Assembly (NCBI RefSeq): GCF_009914755.1
Contig: NC_060934.1
Source of the DNA: the human T2T-CHM13v2.0 reference genome, Homo sapiens
Strand: one strand, 5' to 3'
DNA length: 64,000 nt
The first letter of the stretch is position 1, and every line of letters starts with the position of its first letter. The notes below the pieces were generated by a model, which ran no database searches, was not told the origin of the DNA, and saw nothing but the letters and a program-made list of their open reading frames with translations. Position numbers and translations under genes: made by a program. This document shows positions 59,386 through 64,000 of the stretch, piece after piece.

Positions 59386-60613
59386 CAGTCATTCTGTGGA
59401 ATATTTCCTATGGCAACTGAAAGCTCAAATAGAGCCAAGCGTGATGGCTCCTGTATGTAATTCCAGCACTTTGGTAGGCCAAGGTGGACCGATTGCTTGA
59501 GCTCAGAAGTTCAAGACTAGTCTGGGCAACATAGTGAGACCCTGTCTCTACAAGAAATACAAAAATTAGTTGGGTATGGTGGTGTGTGCCTATGGTCCCA
59601 GCTACTCTGGAGACCAATAGGAGGATTGCTTGAAGCCCAGAGGTGGAGGTTGCAGTGAGCTGAGATTGTACCACTCCACTGCACTCCAGCCTGGGCCACA
59701 AACTGACAAACTCTGTCTCAAAAAAAACAAAACCAAAAACCCTGTCTCAAAAAAAAAAAAAATGAAACTGCTAATTTAATAATGTAAAATAAACTGTGGC
59801 ACATCAATATTATGGGATACTCTGCAGACTTTAAGTTGCGATGCAGAATGTTATTGAAGGACGTGGGCAGACAATATACTGCTTAATGTAAAAAATAAGT
59901 TAACAAATAATATGATCCCAATTTTGTGGAAGAACATTTGTAATTATATTTATAGGGAGAGGGCTGGAAGTGTGTGTGTACATTCACGATATTAACAGCA
60001 GTCATCTGAAGGTGATGAAATGACAGATGACTTTAATTTTCTCCTTCTTGCCTTGCTGTGTATCCTAGATTTTCTATAATAATCATGTACTAGTTAGCAG
60101 AAAAAGAAGTTTGAAGTAAATTCACATACAATATAATGTTTTGATACTTTAATAAAAAATAATAATAATGTAGAACTACGAAGATAACTTTACTCAGCCG
60201 GGCGCAGTAGCTCACGCCTGTAATCCCAGCACTTTGGGAAGCTGAGGCGGGTGGATCACTTGAGGTCAGGTGTTTGAGACCAGCCTGGCCAACATGGTGA
60301 AACCCTGTCTCTACTAAAAATACAAAAAAATTAGCCAGGTGTGATGGCGGGCACCTGTAGTCCCAGCTACTCAGGAGGGTGAGGCAGGAGAATTGCTTAA
60401 ACCCAGGAGGCGGATGTTGCAGTGAGCTGAGATTGCACCACTGCCCTCCAGCCTGGGCGTCCAAGAGAGGCTCCATCTCAAAAAAAAAAAAAAAGTTACC
60501 GTTACATATTTCATTTTACAATTATTGCTATTCATAGAGTAGTGACAGCCTTCACGCTTTGACACTCACATTATATGTACAATATATAATGGCTAACTTT
60601 CATTGAGTTTGAG

Positions 60614-60710
60614 ATATATATATTATATTTTATATATATAATATATATATTATATATTATATATATTTATTTTATATATTATATATATTTTATATATATA
60701 TATATATATA
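60614..60710. repeat. Interrupted (TA)n tract, ~97 bp of A/T only
   Basis: Read directly from the sequence. Confidence 0.92.
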
Positions 60711-60731
60711 GACATTGTAAACTCTTAATGA

Positions 60732-60875
<144 letters not shown>

Positions 60876-63688
60876 TGAGTAGCTGGAACCCTGGCTAATT
60901 TTTGTATTTTGTTTGGTAGAGATGGGTTCTCGCTATGTTGCTCAGCTTGGTCTCAAACTCCTGTGCTCAAGCGATCCGCCCACCCCAGCCTCCTAAAATG
61001 CTAGCATTACAGGCATGCGCTACCGTACCTGGCCTGTGTGTGTATCTTTATGTCATAATAATTGCTCAATAAATGCTAACTATCCTCTATCGGGATGTAA
61101 GTTCTGAACTATTTTATTCATTGTGAAAGACTGGGCTCAAAAATTTCCCTTTCGCCCCTGCTGGCGCCCCACCAATGCTTAGTTGCTGTCATGAGTGAGT
61201 GAGCAGATGGAGCCCATTGTGGGAGGGAAGAAGCCTCAGCTCTTTTCTCCCCTGGGAACCTCCCTTTCTGTAGGCATCTTGCCAGCCAGGCATCTTTGCT
61301 TGTTCTTTGAGTAGGTTGAGGTGACTCTCAGGAGGCTTCTGGGATCGTCTCCAGAAATGCGCTCACCAAAGAAGACCCTGGCTCAGCCTCCCAAGTAGCT
61401 GGAAGTACAGGCGTGTGTGTGCCGCCGCACCTGGCTAATTTTTGCGTTTTTAGTAGAGATGGGGTTTTGTCATGTTGGCCAGGCTGATCTCGAACTCCTG
61501 ACCTCAGGTGATCCGCTCGCCTTGACCTCCCAAAGTGCTGAGATTACACGTGTGAGCCACCGTGCCCGGCCCAAGCCCTTGTTACTGTCGAATTCTCCCC
61601 GAATCAACCTTGAAACTTAACCAGTTTTCTTGCTTTCAGCTTTTCCCCCAGACTCCAGCTTCTAGATTCTCTGTCTGTCAATAAGAGTGTCGAGGTTTAG
61701 AGCAGAGGCAAAAACTGGTTTACAGCAGAGAAAAAAGCCTTCATCTACGCTGGTGTGCCTTCTTGGCCCAGGAAATGTTTTTGGCAGTCTGAGTGTTTTG
61801 TCTTCTCTGTTGGGGGCTGTTAAGAGGCACAAGAAAACATACCTGTCTGCTAATTGCAGAGGTTAAAAGGCAAGAGCAAAAACACATCGCACCTGACATG
61901 CGTTTCAAATTAATAAATTGTTAAAAATGCCTACTTGGGAGACTTCTGCGGGGCTCAAAGACAGCTCCGTCATTACCTGGGGCTAGAGGCTCCAGCAGTT
62001 TTTCAGATACTGTGTGGCAATGCGAGGTTTGTCTGCTGTGAAGGGAAAACCATCCCACCGCTTAGGAAGTCGTGAGATGCAGCACGAATGTGATTTTGTT
62101 ACCACGCTCCCCTGGAGGCACGTCGTGCTGTTCTAGAAAGCCTGTCGTTGGAGGAAAACACTTGATGAGCCTGCGGTAAAGGCGTGGCTTGCGATTTCAC
62201 TTGGGAAGCACATTGTCGTGTTGTCTGTGTGATTTACATCCCGCAGCTGATGGAGACACCACCATACTCCATGGAAGGTCCTTCCTGTCCGATCTGTCCA
62301 AGGTCTGGAGGAAGAGGCGAGATGGGTCAACTGTGAGCTTCCATCAGCTTCTGCTTAGAGAGAGGCTAATTATTTGGGTTTCTGGTGATTCCACCAGCTC
62401 CAGATTTAAGTGTTCTCTATGCTAGGGTGGCGTGGGGGTGGTGTGTGGTCAGTTACTGCTTAAACTCCCTGCAGAGGGGGCTGAGGGGCTTGGGTGGCAG
62501 GTGGTTGGCGGTGGCGCGTGCCAGCCCCGGGTCTGTGCCTAGACCAAGGCTCATGTTCTGCCCATTGCTCTTGGGACAGGCTCTTTGGGACATCAAGGAT
62601 TCTGGGACCATCCTGACACTGCTCTCCTTGGGGTGCGTGGCCAGAGGTGTCTTCAGGCTTCAAGGAGAGGTGCTCAGTGCAGGAGACTCAGCTTCTGCCC
62701 AGCACCACAGGGTCGAGGGCTTGGAGCATCCAGGTGGTTTCATCCAGGCCTGAGTGAGAACGTGACCTAGTTACTGTGCCTCTCTGCACGTTGGCAGAAT
62801 AAACAGACCTTGCTTCCTTCCCTACTCACAGCAAGCAGAATTCTGCTGAGCCTCTCGGAGGCTGGAGGGCCGGTTTTAGTAACGTGCCCTTTCCTGGTTG
62901 GCGACCGTCCAGTTATTTTGGGTGAATGTTAATGGCCGTGAGTTTGAAAGTTGTAGTTAGATGAAAACGCCCTCTCTGGACACAGTGTCCTTGTCACCTA
63001 CTGTCTGAAGGTGCTTCCTTTTTGGGGAATAGGATTGAGAGCAAAATGGTCACAAAATCTGTGGCTTTGGATTGTCATTTGATTTTTTTTTTTTGATGCC
63101 TTCTGTCTGCATTTAGGTCAGTGGAAGGGATGAATTCATCATAGGCACTTGTAGTAGAACATCTCCTTGAGCCTCAAAGAGAAGGCTATTTTTCCTGTGG
63201 GTCATCTTTGTGCTGTGCATGGGAGGTCCTGCCCCATGGGGCAAGGTGAGTTTAACTTTTGGAGGTGGCTGGTGATCTTGGGGGGAATTTAATTTGAGGA
63301 CATGTGCATGACCAATAAACTGTTCTGGAGGAATGAATAGTCCTGTGTCTCCCATATTTTTACCTTTTATAAAGCGCTTGTACTGCACGGTGTCCTTATT
63401 CTAGGCTGATGCAAAATTTTCATACTGCATTTGCTAGTGATTTGCACCAGTGGCCGAAGAACTATAAAGTAGTTGTCTCTATTTTTTAAAAATTAAAAAA
63501 AAAGATGGGGTCTTGCTCCATTGCCTAGACTGGTCTCAAACTCCTGGCCTCAAGTGATCCTCCTGTCTCAGCTTCCTAATTGCTGGGATTATAGGAACGA
63601 GCCACTTTGCTCAACCTTAGTTTCTGTTTTATTCAGAATGGAAGGAATTTCTCATATAAGTAGAATTCTAGAGCTAGAAGAGACATTG

Positions 63689-63750
63689 TATCTCTAGCTC
63701 TGTCTCTGTCTTTATCTCTGTCACTATATCTGTCTCTGCGTCTGTCTCTA
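63689..63750 (+). repeat. Degenerate (TCTCTG)n-like low-complexity repeat
   Basis: tatctctagctctgtctctgtctttatctctgtcactatatctgtctctgcgtctgtctcta. Confidence 0.65.
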
Positions 63751-64000
63751 AACTGTCTTTATCATCAGGCACAGAAAGTTAAGCCCCATTATTCAAGATC
63801 CTACAACTAGTTGAGGGTAGAATAGGGTCCATTGTGCCCAGGCAAAACCCAGGTAAGAGTGCAGGGCCAGGGCTAACCATGAGCTCCGGGACTTGTGCAG
63901 CCTGCCTGTTTCCAGTCTGTGTGTTCCCCCTTGGGTCATGTCACGTGGGAGCAGAAGCTTCTAGTCGAACGTGTAAAGGACCCAAGAGGAAAGGGGAGCC

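Overview
Human genomic DNA (AluYb8- and AluYg6-type elements present) containing the 5' end of CAMK1D, calcium/calmodulin-dependent protein kinase ID (chr10p13 from recall). A CpG-island promoter at ~21.9-23.9 kb carries the first coding exon (ATG 23106, donor GT 23198; [30 protein letters not shown]). About 22 kb of upstream sequence precedes it and ~41 kb of intron 1 follows, with no further kinase exon recognised. Roughly a third of the window is Alu (about 80 copies or fragments by eye), plus L1, L2, MIR, MaLR/ERV LTR and DNA-transposon fossils. Almost all supplied ORFs are Alu, L1 or GC-rich artefacts; the real coding exon is missing from the ORF track because it is short. The most unusual signal is four short, spaced inverted duplications of non-Alu sequence (arms 39-147 bp, 87-97% identical, spacers 0.27-1.1 kb) of apparently different ages. 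Two lie in intron 1 and could fold the pre-mRNA into non-Alu dsRNA. Several collapsed inverted-Alu junctions, a mosaic AluY/Yb element and a polyadenylated LTR10-like retrocopy were also seen. I found no evidence for a new protein-coding system. Repeat family names come from recalled consensus sequences, not from a search, and identities were counted by hand.
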